A stretch of 64,000 nt of DNA, taken from NCBI GenBank assembly GCA_001600815.1, contig BCKZ01000007.1, positions 372,001-436,000 on the forward strand, written 5' to 3'. Made by a program: the position numbers and the translations under genes. This document shows positions 1 through 13,603 of the stretch, in pieces. The first letter of the stretch is position 1. Each line of letters starts with the position of its first letter. The stretch comes from Alloascoidea hylecoeti (Eukaryota). The notes under the pieces were generated by a model. That model did not search any database and was not told where the DNA came from. It was given only the letters and a program-made list of their open reading frames with translations.

Positions 1-1455
1 CTCCCTTTCAATTACAATAATTTTATATATTTCTAGAATGCTATTTAATTTATTATAATTGGAAAATAAATTCTTGATGATATAGATTGGTAATTATAAT
101 GGTTCCTTATATCATCAGGTTTGGAATTTTTGACAAACGTCAGGTGACTCTATGGCGTTCATGAGGAATAAAAGAGATTTTTCTATGTATGATTGTTAAA
201 GGACAGACTTTACTAGTAGACGATGATGATGATGGATATAAGTGAATATATTGCATTTGTGATTTATATTCCCGGATAAAAACAATAATTATAACAATAA
301 GCAGTTAACGTTTCTTCAGCTTGAATGCCATTTCTACAACATTTAAATGCATTTATTTCCGCATTTTTCTATAATTTAAAACCATGTATGAGTTGGTATA
401 TTTTCAGATTTCTATATTTAGTGTCCAATTGTAATTAGAGAAGGTTATAATCAAGAACATAGTTAACGCTGCGGAATAATTAATCGAGCCTATACAATTG
501 AATCCACCAAACAATCATGTCCCTAAGCGAAGATTCCGCAATTTAAAAAACGCTATTTCAAATATGATCAACTGCTATGATCATACTATAGCTATAAATT
601 TCCAAAAGATCAATAGTTAACTATCCTGGTATACGAAATAAGTTATATATACGTTAATCCTAGAGAATATGTCAATAATCGTAAGTTTAAGAGTTGTATA
701 ATCCTTTGATCCCAATCTTTACTTGTGATTATAATATAACTACTTAGCCTCCATTTGGAATAGATATAACCTATATCTCCGGAGGGGTCTATTTATAAAT
801 ACTAAGCAGTATCTAATAATATGTTTTGAGTATTATGTGGTATTCTGAAACAATGAGACAACAACATTTATAACTTCACTAGCATATAATATTGCGACTT
901 AAATCATCTCCACATTATTTAATTGCATTTAGAAACAACCAATGTTGTATTGAATTATTTATAGAATCAAAATGATAAGACGTTTTATAATAAGTTTATG
1001 AGACAAGTTGACAGTTAAGGCATTTTGCGGGTAGTCGTCCACAACCACAACTATACACGATTTCAACCAACATTTCCAGGCATTTCAGAGGAACCAAAAC
1101 AGATACTTCCGCGATTTTTGGGGATTTTCTTGATGATTAAGATCAAAATTTAAACAGAGACGATGAGCGTCAATTTAGGAAAAAACACCCCGATTCCAAA
1201 TGCTACATTGGAAGCGTCCTGACCCGATAAAATTGAGATGAGACAGACCCGGGTTGAATATTCGGAGGTGGATGGATGTTTCCGGTTTAAGATTGTGTTT
1301 GTCTTTTGTTATTCTTTCTTTTAATCTCCACGCTTATTTGAATATCTGTGATATTCCTTCCTTCATTGAACTCATTTTGGATCTTCCTGTCAAATTTTCT
1401 GTGAAGCTTTCTGTGAAAGTGTTTGTTTTTCCTTAATTTTATAACCTTTGACAAC

Positions 1456-4400
1456 ATGAACCAAGACGAATTCTGCTTCGAGCAACCTCTTCGCATACCG
1501 AAGCAAGCCCCTATTTCTAACGATGCAACGGGAACAGAGATGGATACAGAACTCCCCGAAAGGCGAACAAACCGAGTGGATCCATGGCTTATTATTGACT
1601 TGCAAAAAAAACAAATCGCACAACTTACCTCGAAATTGGATTATGCTTACGAATTGATCGAGAAGTATAAGAAACAACTAAATAGAAAAGATGCTAGACT
1701 TTCAAATAGTTCATCAACTTCGAATATAAGAAGGAAAAGAGCTTCAAGTTCACCAATGATGATAGTTGATGAACCATGTGTTGCTGATTTAACACCAACC
1801 AATAGTTTATCAAATAGTAATTCAAACAAAGAAAATGGGGATGATTCTTCAGGTTCCGAATATTCCCCCGTACCACCAGAATCGGATTATGAAAATGATC
1901 AAGAAAGTATACCAATTGTCGTTGCTTCGGCTGCCGGTTTACGGATACAGAAAAGTTTAGATAGCTTATCGATGTTGTCTAAACAAAGTGGATATTCTAA
2001 TAATACTAAGCAATCTACTTCTAATTATAATAGTAACAACAGTAACAATAATCTAAAAGAAATAAATGATGAAATAGAAGAAGATGGCTTATTACGAAAA
2101 CCTTCAAAACATGATCGATCAGTTTCAATGCCGATAAATGCACCGAGAGACTTACATGTAGACACAACTGCACCTTCAACAGTTTCTACTTTGAATTCTA
2201 ATTTTAGTCCAAGAAAAAGTTTACAATCATTACCACTGGATTCTGGTATGTCTATTAATTCTTCAGAAACAAGTATCAAGACATATTCTCCTATTCGGAA
2301 AGGGAACGCATCTGTTTCATCTCCTATAAGGAAATCTTTCCGGGCTCTTTCCAATTCATCAACAACTAATAATAATCAACAGCCATTATCGCCTGCTAGA
2401 TCTAATTTATTAAATAATGATAATTCATCAATAGTGGTTCATCAAAGAACGAAATCGACTGAAGTACCGGTAACATTATTTGTTAAACCAGAAGAAATGT
2501 CATCAATTACAATCCACGTTCATTCATCAATATCATCATCATCAATTAATTCATCAAAGAAATCTTCAGCAGATCCAATTATAACTTTTTCATGTAGAGA
2601 TCGAGAATCAAATAAAGAATTATGGAAAATTAATAAATCATTTAAATCAATTTCACAATTAGATAAAGAAATTAGATTAAATATTTCAATATTTTCATTA
2701 CCTAAATTACCAAATAAGTCATTATTTTTATCACATTCACCAATTAAAATAGAGAATCGTCATCAATCTTTATTAAATTATTTTCAAGCAATTTTTTCAA
2801 TTCCTCATTTACCTCATGATACTGCAATGAAAATTTGTAAATTTTTATCTTCTGATATTGTTAATCCATTAGATGATAATTCAATGGGTGGTAGAAAAGA
2901 AGGTTATGTTACAACAAGAGGTAAAGGTTTAAGTGGTTGGAAAGCAAGATATTGTGTACTCGATGGTTCAATATTAGATTATTATGATGAAAGAAATGGT
3001 ACTTTATTAGGTTCAATTACATTATCTGGTGCAAGAGTATTTTGTCAAATAGATGACAATACAAATAATAATACTAATAATACTAATGATAAAACAAGTT
3101 ATAGGCATGCCTTTTCAATTGTTGAACAACAAAAGGGTAATCAAAGTACAAAACATGTCTTTTGTGCAGAAAGTAATGAAGATAGAGATGATTGGATGGA
3201 AGCATTACTTGAATTTATTGAACCTGTTGGTAATTCAAATAATAATCATAATAGTTTATATCAACTTGGAAATGGTAATAATCGATCTGGGCAAAGTTTT
3301 GGATCAACTGAACCATCATTACCGTCAGTTGGACCATCAAGTGGAGATTATTTAACATCATCAGGATCAATTAAAAATAATGGCAATAATTTATCAAATA
3401 ATAATAATCATAAATCACATTCAAGAAGTTTAAGTGGTTTGTTAATGAATACTGATGATTTAGAAAAATCAATGGAAAATGCAATAACTTTAGAAAAAGA
3501 ACGAGAAAAAGATTTAAGAAAACAAAGAAAAAGATCATTTTTCCCATTTAAAACAAATATTTTACAACATACAAGTAATTCAACTTCTTCAATATCAAAT
3601 TCTGGTTCATTTAATAATAATAATATTAATGCAGTTACTGATTTAACTGATTTGGCATTCTCTTCAGATTCAAGTCCAAGGGCTCCTTCTAGAGCTAGTG
3701 GTCAAGGTTCAATGGGGACTCCAGTACAAACAAATAATAATGAATCATCACCGTATCAATTAAAAGCGTTACCTAGATCTCCAACATATGGAAGATTTGT
3801 TGAATCTCCGTTAAATTATACACCTGAGGAATCAATGTCAAATCCTGTCTTTGGTGTAACTTTAGAAGAATCAGTTAATATTTGTTCAAAAGATTTAGAT
3901 GGTAAAATAATACCAGCTGTTGTATTTGAATGTTTAGTTTATTTGGATAAGCATGATGCAATTTTTGAAGAAGGAATATTTCGATTAAATGGTTCATCAT
4001 CAATGATTAAATCATTAAAAAAGAAATTTAATGATGGTATTGATGTTGATTTATTTAAATTACCAACATTACCAGATATAAATTCAATTGCAGGATTATT
4101 AAAATTATATTTAAGAGAAATTAAAAGTGAAATTTTAACAATTGAATTACATTCAAAATTTAGAGATGCAACATTATTTCCAAATTTTTCAACAACCTTA
4201 TTAACATATCAAGGTTTAGTTGAATTATTGCCTCAAAAAAATAAAGATTTATTATATGTTTTATTTAAATTTTTAGATATTGTCATTGAAAACTCAAATT
4301 TAAATAAAATGACTTTAAGAAATTTAAGTATTGTTTTTTCACCAACTTTAAATATTAGTATTGATGTTTTATTACCTTTTTTAAGTGATTGGGGTTGTAT

Positions 4401-4470
4401 ATTTAATGGAAATTCACCAGATTTTGAAAAATTTAAAAAGGTTGTTGATGTACCATCTATTAAGTTTTAA
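1456..4470 (+). CDS. BEM3: Rho GTPase-activating protein with PX, PH and RhoGAP domains (Bem3-like)
   Basis: First ATG at 1456. N-terminal coiled coil, PX-like region (LPKLPNKSLF..KIENR), PH domain (KEGY..GWKARYCVL..DDWMEAL) and RhoGAP domain (EEGIFRLNG, AGLLKLYLRE, NKMTLRNLSIVFSP). Confidence 0.85.
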   Translation: MNQDEFCFEQPLRIPKQAPISNDATGTEMDTELPERRTNRVDPWLIIDLQKKQIAQLTSKLDYAYELIEKYKKQLNRKDARLSNSSSTSNIRRKRASSSPMMIVDEPCVADLTPTNSLSNSNSNKENGDDSSGSEYSPVPPESDYENDQESIPIVVASAAGLRIQKSLDSLSMLSKQSGYSNNTKQSTSNYNSNNSNNNLKEINDEIEEDGLLRKPSKHDRSVSMPINAPRDLHVDTTAPSTVSTLNSNFSPRKSLQSLPLDSGMSINSSETSIKTYSPIRKGNASVSSPIRKSFRALSNSSTTNNNQQPLSPARSNLLNNDNSSIVVHQRTKSTEVPVTLFVKPEEMSSITIHVHSSISSSSINSSKKSSADPIITFSCRDRESNKELWKINKSFKSISQLDKEIRLNISIFSLPKLPNKSLFLSHSPIKIENRHQSLLNYFQAIFSIPHLPHDTAMKICKFLSSDIVNPLDDNSMGGRKEGYVTTRGKGLSGWKARYCVLDGSILDYYDERNGTLLGSITLSGARVFCQIDDNTNNNTNNTNDKTSYRHAFSIVEQQKGNQSTKHVFCAESNEDRDDWMEALLEFIEPVGNSNNNHNSLYQLGNGNNRSGQSFGSTEPSLPSVGPSSGDYLTSSGSIKNNGNNLSNNNNHKSHSRSLSGLLMNTDDLEKSMENAITLEKEREKDLRKQRKRSFFPFKTNILQHTSNSTSSISNSGSFNNNNINAVTDLTDLAFSSDSSPRAPSRASGQGSMGTPVQTNNNESSPYQLKALPRSPTYGRFVESPLNYTPEESMSNPVFGVTLEESVNICSKDLDGKIIPAVVFECLVYLDKHDAIFEEGIFRLNGSSSMIKSLKKKFNDGIDVDLFKLPTLPDINSIAGLLKLYLREIKSEILTIELHSKFRDATLFPNFSTTLLTYQGLVELLPQKNKDLLYVLFKFLDIVIENSNLNKMTLRNLSIVFSPTLNISIDVLLPFLSDWGCIFNGNSPDFEKFKKVVDVPSIKF

Positions 4471-5361
4471 ATTATCAATACTACTTCAAAATATAAAGGA
4501 AAGACATTTTAATAAATAAATGAATAATAATTTCATATGCTCAATCAAAATTAACGATTCTTTTACTTCACTGATGGACTTTTAACTGGGTAATACATAA
4601 TTGGTATTGGTATTGACCGGTTGGCCGGTTGGTTGAAATTGTGATATTTGATTTAGTTTTGTTCTTTTTTACCGGTTCAACAATAGACACAGTTAATATA
4701 AACAAAGATAAAAGAAATTATTATACACTTATATTATCAGAGTTTTAATTCTTTCCAAGATTTGAATATAAATTGAATTTGAAATTGAAAGTTAAAAATT
4801 TTCATATCTGATCTTTTGATACAATGTATTTTCTTTGGGATTTTTTATATTATGGCCAGGTAACTTTAGAATTTAAATTTATTTCTTTAATTGATTACTT
4901 TTATTTGCAATTTAATTCTAGTTAACGGTGTATCATTTATATATATATATATATATTTTATCATTCTTTTTATTCGTTTTATTCGTTTGACAATTTTTAT
5001 ATTTTTATTTTATATTTGTTTTTTGTTCTTATTCTTATTCTTATTGTTAATTTAATTCAAGTTTAATTGTTCCATTAATATCAATCAATCTAATATATTC
5101 TTAAGGGTGAATTTCACAATGATTAATTATTTATATAAATTTAAATTTGATTTTTAACTAAATTAAAATACCCTTAAACTAATAATTGATTCCTAATATA
5201 ACCATTAATAAAACATTGTGTAACAAATTTAAAGAAAACAAAAAAAGAGAGGAACAATTATGTATCATGATATGTCCCCATATCGTATGGTATGGGGAGA
5301 AAATATATATTCAAATTCACTATAACCGGATATATGAATTATAAAGCTAGTAATCAAGTAA

Positions 5362-6633
5362 TTAATGTAATAATGAAATATCAGTAACTGGGGCATTGGT
5401 ATTTGAAGAGTTTGTAGAAGTAGTAGAAGCAGAAGCAGCTCTTCTCTTCTTTAAAATATTTTCAATGAAAAATTCTCCAGCTTTATAAGATGATCTAACC
5501 AATGGGCCACTTGCACAATAAGCAAATCCCATTTCTAAAGCTTTCACTTCCCAATATTTGAATTTTTCAGGGGTAATGTATGCTGAAACTTTCATATGTC
5601 TTTTCGTTGGACGCATATATTGACCAAATGTAACAATATCACAATCAACTTTACGTAATTCTTGTAAAGTTGCTAAAACTTGATCATCAGTTTCACCAAA
5701 ACCTAACATTATACTTGTCTTTGTAAGAACTTGTGGAGCTGATTTTTTAGCTTGGTTTAAAATTGAAAGACTTTGTCGAAATGTTGCTCTCCTATCTCTT
5801 ATAAAAGGAGTCAAATCTTCAACAGTTTCCAAATTATGAGCAAAAACATCAACACCTGAAGTTGCCAGAACTGTAGCCATTTTTAAATCTCCACGAAAAT
5901 CACCAGATAGTGTTTCTACCAAAATATGAGGAGCTTTTTGTTTTATTCGTCTTACAGTATCTGCGAAATGATAGGCACCACCATCTGATAAATCATCTCT
6001 ATCAACAGTTGTTAAAACGACATAACCAAGACCCCATCTTGCAATTGCTTCAGCTGTATTTTCGGGCTCGTGTGGATCCAAAGGTGCAGGAGCTCTATTT
6101 GTTTTAACTGAACAAAATCTACAACCTCGTGTACAAGTATCTCCCATTAACATTATTGTAGCAGTTGCTTTACTTTTATCAGTACCACCCCAGCACTCTC
6201 CAATATTCGGACATCTTGCCTCCTCACAGACTGTATGTAGTTTGAGACCTTTAACATCATTTTTTAATTTTGTGAAGTTTCTACCTTTTGGAATGGGGAC
6301 CTTCAACCATTTTGGCAATCTAGCATCCGGATCTTGACGGGCTCTAGTTACTGGATCGATGAATAATTCCTCTTTATCGGCAGCTTTTTTCGTTAAAAAG
6401 TCCTCAAATGATGGACCTTTATTCAGCTGATCAGTGAATATCGTTGTTCTGCGACGACGTGGTTTAACTGGCTTATTGACTGATTCACTAACTGATTCAC
6501 TATCTGATTTCCCTGAGACAGATGCAAAATATCTACCATTGTTGAGGATAACAGGCACAATCCTCGTCGCACTCCTCATATTAACCACTCGAGCAGCCTG
6601 ACACAACGAACCCACCCCAATACTTTTCATCAT
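5362..6633 (-). CDS. LIP5: Mitochondrial lipoyl synthase (radical SAM)
   Basis: [20 protein letters not shown] and RSSY motifs, with an Arg/Ser-rich presequence. Confidence 0.97.
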   Translation of the reverse strand: MMKSIGVGSLCQAARVVNMRSATRIVPVILNNGRYFASVSGKSDSESVSESVNKPVKPRRRRTTIFTDQLNKGPSFEDFLTKKAADKEELFIDPVTRARQDPDARLPKWLKVPIPKGRNFTKLKNDVKGLKLHTVCEEARCPNIGECWGGTDKSKATATIMLMGDTCTRGCRFCSVKTNRAPAPLDPHEPENTAEAIARWGLGYVVLTTVDRDDLSDGGAYHFADTVRRIKQKAPHILVETLSGDFRGDLKMATVLATSGVDVFAHNLETVEDLTPFIRDRRATFRQSLSILNQAKKSAPQVLTKTSIMLGFGETDDQVLATLQELRKVDCDIVTFGQYMRPTKRHMKVSAYITPEKFKYWEVKALEMGFAYCASGPLVRSSYKAGEFFIENILKKRRAASASTTSTNSSNTNAPVTDISLLH

Positions 6634-6717
6634 ATCTTTTTAAATGTTAATTTCAATATTTGTTAAGAGAAGAGGCATTGGTCAGCAAATTATATTTTTT
6701 GTGTATAACAAGGAGAT

Positions 6718-6733
6718 GTCACGTGGATGACTC
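6718..6733. promoter_or_regulatory. Cbf1-type GTCACGTG site next to a Gcn4-type TGACTC site upstream of LIP5
   Basis: gtcacgtggatgactc lies about 90 bp upstream of the LIP5 ATG. Confidence 0.5.
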
Positions 6734-7716
6734 GGTGAAAATGTTCCGATGAAAAAACTTGCGAATATTTCCTTCGTATGGTGCCGTTTATTTAATACAT
6801 TCATTATACCGTAGAAGACCACAACAAAATGTACAAAAATAAAATATAGAGCATATAGGTTTTCCACTCTGAATCTGCCATATTTTAGACAAGACTCTGT
6901 CACATCATTGTTTTTACCTTTGACGTACTGGCAACTCACAAGTTACAATATATTTCGTTAATTGTCTTCCTCATAAGCTTAGTATACATTTTATTCGCCA
7001 TGTATATGAAGTAAGTGGCTCAATAATTTTTAATTTAGCTACCCAATTTGGCATATTTGTGTATTCATTTTAACCATGGGGAGAATAACGTTCGTTATCG
7101 TGGTGGTACACATATTGCGCAACCTTTTCTCAATATATTTCGTGATTTAGACGACACATAAATTTTATGTATTTCTTTTGTATTAAATTAAACGAACAAT
7201 GAGCACCCTATTATTGTTTAGTTGAAACCCCAAATTCGTCAGCTCCCTTTATATCTTTAAATTTACTATGCATATCATTATACTAGGTAAAGATAACTTT
7301 AAAAACTAAAGTCGATAGATAGATGGCCAAATAAAACTACTATTCTCTTGTGTTTTTGTTGTGGTTTGTGTCGTGAAGTTATGTGGTGTGTATATATGGT
7401 ATATGCATGCACAAAGTAATGCATGTCGACCCTACAATATCCATTAGCAATACTAAATACAGTAGATTTTCTATGCGCATACCCCTAACAATGAATCAGC
7501 ACATGTGCAGCCCCAATAAAAAGATTTCACAATCGTCCCCACTATGTATTATGCGTCAATCTCAGTGAGCCGCTTCATATCCGTTAAAATTATCTAACAT
7601 TTATCATAAGGAGATCTATTTCTGTATTAATTGTTGTAATATGGCTTTGTTGTGTTCTTGATATAAGCTTATAATTCTTGTTTTTTTTAATATTTAGCTA
7701 CTAATCAGACTTAAAT

Positions 7717-9343
7717 ATGATCGTGCACGTGAAATTTATTATCTCTTTGTATTTATTCTACAGCCCTCTCTTTTTTTAGTGATGGTGAAACTACTTCCTC
7801 TGGAGCAAATAATTCCATTGATAATATTACACAAAGTTTAAATTATTTAGACATTGCTAAACACATATGTGGTGATGATTTACTCGAAGAAAATGCAGAA
7901 TTAATTAGAAATCTTTGGAATCAATTAAAGGCATCTGGTTTACTTCAAGAATATTATTCTAGTTTACAACCTCAAGCTGATTTACAAAATCAAGCAATAA
8001 CACAAAGAGAAATTAATTTGGATGATTGGGATGATTTGATTACAGATGACCTGTTTCCAAATCATCAGTTAAGAGTTAAGGAGAATAATCCTGAAATTTT
8101 AGGTATTGATACAGTTAAACAATATACAGGATATATTGATATCGCAGAAGGTGATAAACATTATTTTTATTGGTTTTTTGAATCAAGAAAGGATCCAGAA
8201 AACGATCCAGTTGTAATTTGGTTAAATGGTGGTCCAGGTTGTTCATCAACAACAGGCCTTTTCTTTGAATTAGGTCCTTCGTCGATTTCAAAAGATTTGA
8301 AACCAATTCGTAATCCTTATTCTTGGAATAGTAATGCAAGTGTCATTTTCTTAGAGCAACCACTTGGTGTTGGTTATTCATATTCTTCTTTAGGAGCAAA
8401 AGTTTCAAGTACTGATCAAGCAGCTAAAGGCTTTTATGTATTTCTTGAATTATTTTTTCAAAAAATTTAAAAATTTAGACATTTACCATTTCATATTGCA
8501 GGTCAATCATACGCTGGACATTATATTCCAAGATTTGGATCAGAAATAATAAATCATCCGGATGGAACCTTTAATTTAATTTCAGTGTTTATAGGTAATG
8601 GTGTAACAGATACATTTAAACAGTTGGCATACTATGGTCCAATGGCTTGTGGTCAAGGTGATTATCCAGCTGTCGTTTCACCACAAACATGCAAGGACTA
8701 TGATACACAATCTAATGGAGGTTATGCGATAATAGAATCATGTTATAAAACCGGATGGACACCCGTTTGTATTCTAGGATAATTTGTTAATAACAACTTG
8801 ATTATCAATTTTGTGGGTTCTGGAAGGAATGAATATGATATTCGTGATAAATGTGTAGGTGCTCAATGTTATCCTGATGCAGTATATAAAGACACTTATT
8901 TGAGTCAGGAAAACGTAAAAAATGCTCTTGGTGCACATTTGGAAGGTAACTTTTCGGATTGTAATGTTATTGTTTATTTCCAGTTTGGATTCAGTGGCGA
9001 CTCGGCAAGGCCATTTCAACAATATGTCACAGAATTATTAAATAAAGAAGTGCCAGTATTGATATATGTAGGTGATAAAGATTATATTTGTAACTGGTTG
9101 GGCAATAAGGCATGGACAGATGCTTTACCGTGGAATGGAGCTGAAGCATATAGCCATTCTCCAACAGAACAATGGATTACTAATCATCCTGTAAAAAACG
9201 GTTCTGCTGGAACTGTTAAAAGTGCAAATAATTTGACATTTTTAAGGGTTTTTGATGCTGGACATGGGGTTCCACATGATCAACCACCTGAGAATGCATT
9301 AGCAATGTTGAACAGCTGGATATTTAGTGGTGCTATTAACTAG
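7717..9343 (+). pseudogene. Serine carboxypeptidase S10 (carboxypeptidase Y-like) pseudogene
   Basis: Motifs [28 protein letters not shown] and AGHGVPHDQP. ATG 7717 begins a signal peptide, then there is a frameshift in the poly-T near 7771-7777. In-frame TAA stops at 8468-8470 and 8780-8782. ORFs 8018, 8585 and 8798 share one frame. Confidence 0.9.
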
Positions 9344-10699
9344 AATATATGTTATTTTTTATTAATTCTTCAAAGATGTAGATAATATACTCTAAAAATA
9401 TAACCCTTTTATCTATTAATAGCGCTATTTTCAAAAATAATTTCAGCAGAAAAAGGATTCTATATGCATAACAGGGCAAAATAATTGTAAACATGTGCCT
9501 GCATATTTCCTTGCTTCATAAACTGCTATCATTAAAAGAATATTGATTTAATCCATAAACGAACATATACATCATCTTTAAAAGATAATACAAATATCAG
9601 TGGTAATGAAATTTTCTGTACTAGATGTAAGAGGGGCTTGTGTGATCTTTATCTTTAACTGTCTCTAAAGAACTAGTATTATCATGTTCCCAAGGAATGA
9701 TCTGTTGGATAACTATCATGATCACTGTAGCTATTGATATCACCAGTTCTCTCTGGCTCTGGAGACGGAGTAATTAGAGAAAACAAAATTTGTTTAATTG
9801 CTTGAATTTGAATCAGTTGTAGCATCAGTATCATTATTATTCGAGCTTTGCCTAGCGGTACTAGTTGAAGCTCCATCATATATATATTATTAATCTCCAA
9901 CTCGTCAAGTTTAATAGACTAGTTATTATTCTCAACCAGTTGATAAGACATGTTTATTAATAAATATATAAATTCCAATAGTATAAATGGAGTGAGAGGA
10001 GTTTTAGAAAAAACTCATACTAGAGCTGGAAAAAGAATGTGCAGCCATATATTTGGTTTTTAATTAAAAAAGAGTTTTGATTGTAAATAAATATACATGT
10101 ATATTCTATACCTTAGTTTTATAAGGACTCGTTCATTCTTGCTGATGACTCTTTTTCAGATATTCTCACCTTGTCTTCAAAATTCAAACCACACATGATA
10201 ATACCAGCTTTGGGAATATGACCGTTAGTTATCTTGCATGAAGATACCGAAATTTTCGACGAGGTGAAGCTCATTTTTCGGAATTGTATCGCGAGACAGT
10301 TTCGCGATACCCATCAACATTAATCTTAAAAGTGAAACCCCAGAAAATACCAATATTCTTTTACTACCCTTTAAAAATGTTTCCAATGTGGTTTTTGAGG
10401 AAATGATATATCAGATATTTCTGATATGTTTCATTCTACATACATTGGACCTTTATTTTTTAATTGATTGGATTAACTCAATCTGCCTATGTAGTCTCAT
10501 ACAGCTGTAAGCCTTATAAGATATCTCATTATTAACCGAAATTAGTGTTTAGTTCAAACACTAATTCATCAGCTGCCTTTATATCTATCTGAACTCCAAA
10601 ATAAACCCCATAATCTATAATTAAATTTTGTTATTATATAACTATTTATCTAATTATTTTCGTTATTACCAGTACTATCCATTTGCTATACCAGTATAT

Positions 10700-11050
10700 G
10701 CATGCACTCATCTTGAAGAAGTAGGTTTTATTGTGTCATTTTGTACATTATCCTTAGTTATTTGTATGGGCCAAAATGAAACGACAATATGCAGATTCGC
10801 CATTTTCTACCCTCTGTTGTCTCCAGCATGGTTACTATAGCATAATGGAAGTAATATTAGTGGCGTGGGGCTGTGAGTGTTCTTCTACGCTTTGGCGTAT
10901 TGAGCTCTCTAGCTCCAAGCTTCCCACACACATCTCTTTGTTATCTCTATAATTGTGCTATCAGTGGTCATTCCCCTCTTATAAGTCTGAATTCCTGGAA
11001 TAGTTTTCAGGGGATCTTCGAGCACTGTAGTTGTAGTGAAAGGTTGAGCG
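10700..11050 (-). mobile_element. Possible highly decayed Tc1/mariner N-terminal relic
   Basis: Minus-strand fragments VLEDPLKTIPGIQ and GKLGARELNTPKRRRTLTAPRH*YYFHYA loosely resemble the Tc1 linker (..KKPxLT..H...RL.FA). Confidence 0.25.
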
Positions 11051-11689
11051 AATAAAGCTTACTGCATCCCCTTGATGTGTCCAACAAGTGCATAAACTTA
11101 TATCTCATAAGGTTATATGTTTTCAATTTTTCCAACCACACTTTGAAAGCGTCTTCTTTACATTCTTGGTGGACATATATCATCCAAGTAAATCCTCATA
11201 TAAAATGAATTTTCTCTCAATTTGTTTGGTTACTTCTACCTCTTTTTAACCTGTCCCAACCTCTCAAAACCTATATGCATCTGGGAGTTAACAGTATTTG
11301 AGAAATACGAATGACATGCATATACGACATGGTTTGAATAATTTGTCTATTTGATCTATTTGTTTATTTATTAATTTATTTGTTTGTCTAAATAAGTAAA
11401 TAAAAAAAATAAAAAAAAAAGTAGAAACCAATTGTTTTCTAAAAATGACAGCCTTCCAGCCACGAAGAAGAAGTTGCCCCAATTTACTGGTTGAATCCGA
11501 ATTCATTTCATCTTCTTGAAATAAACCTAACTATCTGAGATATTGTTTCTTGTTTTTAAAATCTCTAACGTAAGGGTGATGATTTTATTTATTCAAAATT
11601 TTCGTAATACTTTCGATCACATTTTGAATTAAAATCCACAGCCTTATTTTGAATTAACAAGTACTGAACTATTTTATTATGATATTCAA

Positions 11690-12800
11690 AACAAAACAAT
11701 AGGAAATGAAAGTGGAATATATCACAAAGTTTGAGATAATATAACGATTGGTGGATTAAATTCGTTGACAGTTTCAGAAAGTTTATATCAAAGAGGACTA
11801 TCTAAGGTGAATAGTGTAGCTATTTGGCTAGGTCAAGATAACTTCAAAGGGATAGTTACTTTTGGAGGTTTGTATAAAAGTCTATTAAAGAAACAGAAAA
11901 TAAAGGAATTTCCAGCTGTCTATCTCACTCAAATAACCTCAGAAATCATTTAATAACGCCGCTAGAGAATGCAAGTATTCAAAGTAATGTATTCGTTTAC
12001 AATGTGACAGAAAATGCAAGTTTTAGAGATACCAATTATTTCTATTATCCAGATAATTTCTTAAAAAATATAGTTTCGCTTCATGACTTGAATAGATCAG
12101 ATGAGAATGCAGAATTTGTTGTTGACTGCCAACTTGCTCAATCAATTCCAGGTGATCTATATTTAGTATTTCTATCCAAAAAGAAAATAAAACAAAAGAA
12201 AATTCCTCAATACATTCTACGTCCATCCATGAGACTTGTGGACTTCCAGTCGGTTCAACATCAGAGTTTGAAAATGTTGGATTGAATGAAAAAATCATTG
12301 GACTGTATGCTGCTCATTGGTATTATCTAGTTTTTGACTATACCTCATACTCGTTTAGCTTCGTACAGGTTGTAACTAACCAGAAAATGTATATATATGA
12401 CAATTTTGAGTTGTTAAAAGACAAATGGAATAAATTTTCTCTGAAGCCAGCGGGTGAGAATTATACAGGGTTGATTTGAGAAATTGTATTTACTTCTTTA
12501 GTAGCATTAGAAGTTTATGTTCAAGTAGGTAATATTAATCCGCTATTAATTGGTATTGATATTAATAAAGCTTTTGAATTAATGGGAGAAGATAGGCCAG
12601 TTGAGAGACCTATTCCACAGGGCGCTGAGAAAAAAAATAAAGGCCTGAAGCAGCTTCTCCTTCAGTTCCTGATCAGGCACATAATAAATGAATCAACAAT
12701 AATGACGCTTTTAGTGTTGATCTTGAACGTGGTCCCGAAATGGTAGGTCTTAAAGCAGGAATTAGAAGAGTATCTCAAGACGAAAGTTCAGATGATGAAT
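11690..12800 (+). pseudogene. Pepsin/yapsin-like (A1) aspartic protease relic
   Basis: Ordered fragments across frameshifts: LYQRGLSKVNSVAIWLG..GIVTFGGL, RDTNYFYYP..FVVDCQ and KIIG..YYLVFDYTSYSFSFVQ. These match the order of the C-terminal lobe of fungal A1 proteases. No intact D(T/S)G motif was seen. Confidence 0.65.
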
Positions 12801-13603
12801 TATCAAACTATGTTGGGTATATATGGCACTCTTAGAACACTAACATCCAAACATCCCAGCAAGCAAAAACGGGGTAACCCAATTGTTGAGCGTCAATTGC
12901 GAATATTTACTCTATACACCCAACAATGGGGTCACCCTGCTTTTGATTCTAATTTTACACTAAGCTTTCTTACTTCCGATATATCCCAATAATAAAATTA
13001 TGAAACTAAGCCTACTTTATATCCGATATATCCTATATTATTGCCTAAACATTAACATTAGTATATTTGAAATATCCAAGTTGTATTATGTGATATATAT
13101 ATATGACATGATTGATACATAATAGCTGTGCTATATAAAGATGATATAACAGATAATTATTACAGTTTCAAGTTTTCTAAACATCATTCAGTTACGTTGG
13201 GATAAGACACCATACTATAACTACACAATTATTATAATTACGGAGAATATCAACGGGATTATTCGCATGTTTGCCACTCTATTCAGACAAACTTTATATC
13301 ATAAAAATTAGTTGAATATGTGTATTTATTGATATCTGATTTGTGGAAATCGTTATCCTGGCGTCTATACACTTGTAAGAATTAATCCTGGTAAACGCAG
13401 AAAAATTCGTTCGTTTAAAAAAGAATGTTTGTAAACAATCGATCTCTGATAATATACGAGATTTCAGTATTATATAAATTAAACCGATTTCCTGCCATAG
13501 CAGCTCGTTAACATTAACACAACAATTTGATAATTTAAAATATTAAAAGCAATCAATTTCAAATAATTTTTTTTTTTTTCATTTTTTTTTTCAAATATTA
13601 ATA

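Noticed and set aside
8468..8782. TAA reassignment or readthrough explaining the two in-frame TAA codons in the carboxypeptidase
   Set aside because: TAA terminates intact genes in this window (BEM3, LIP5, RAD51), and the gene also has a 5' frameshift.
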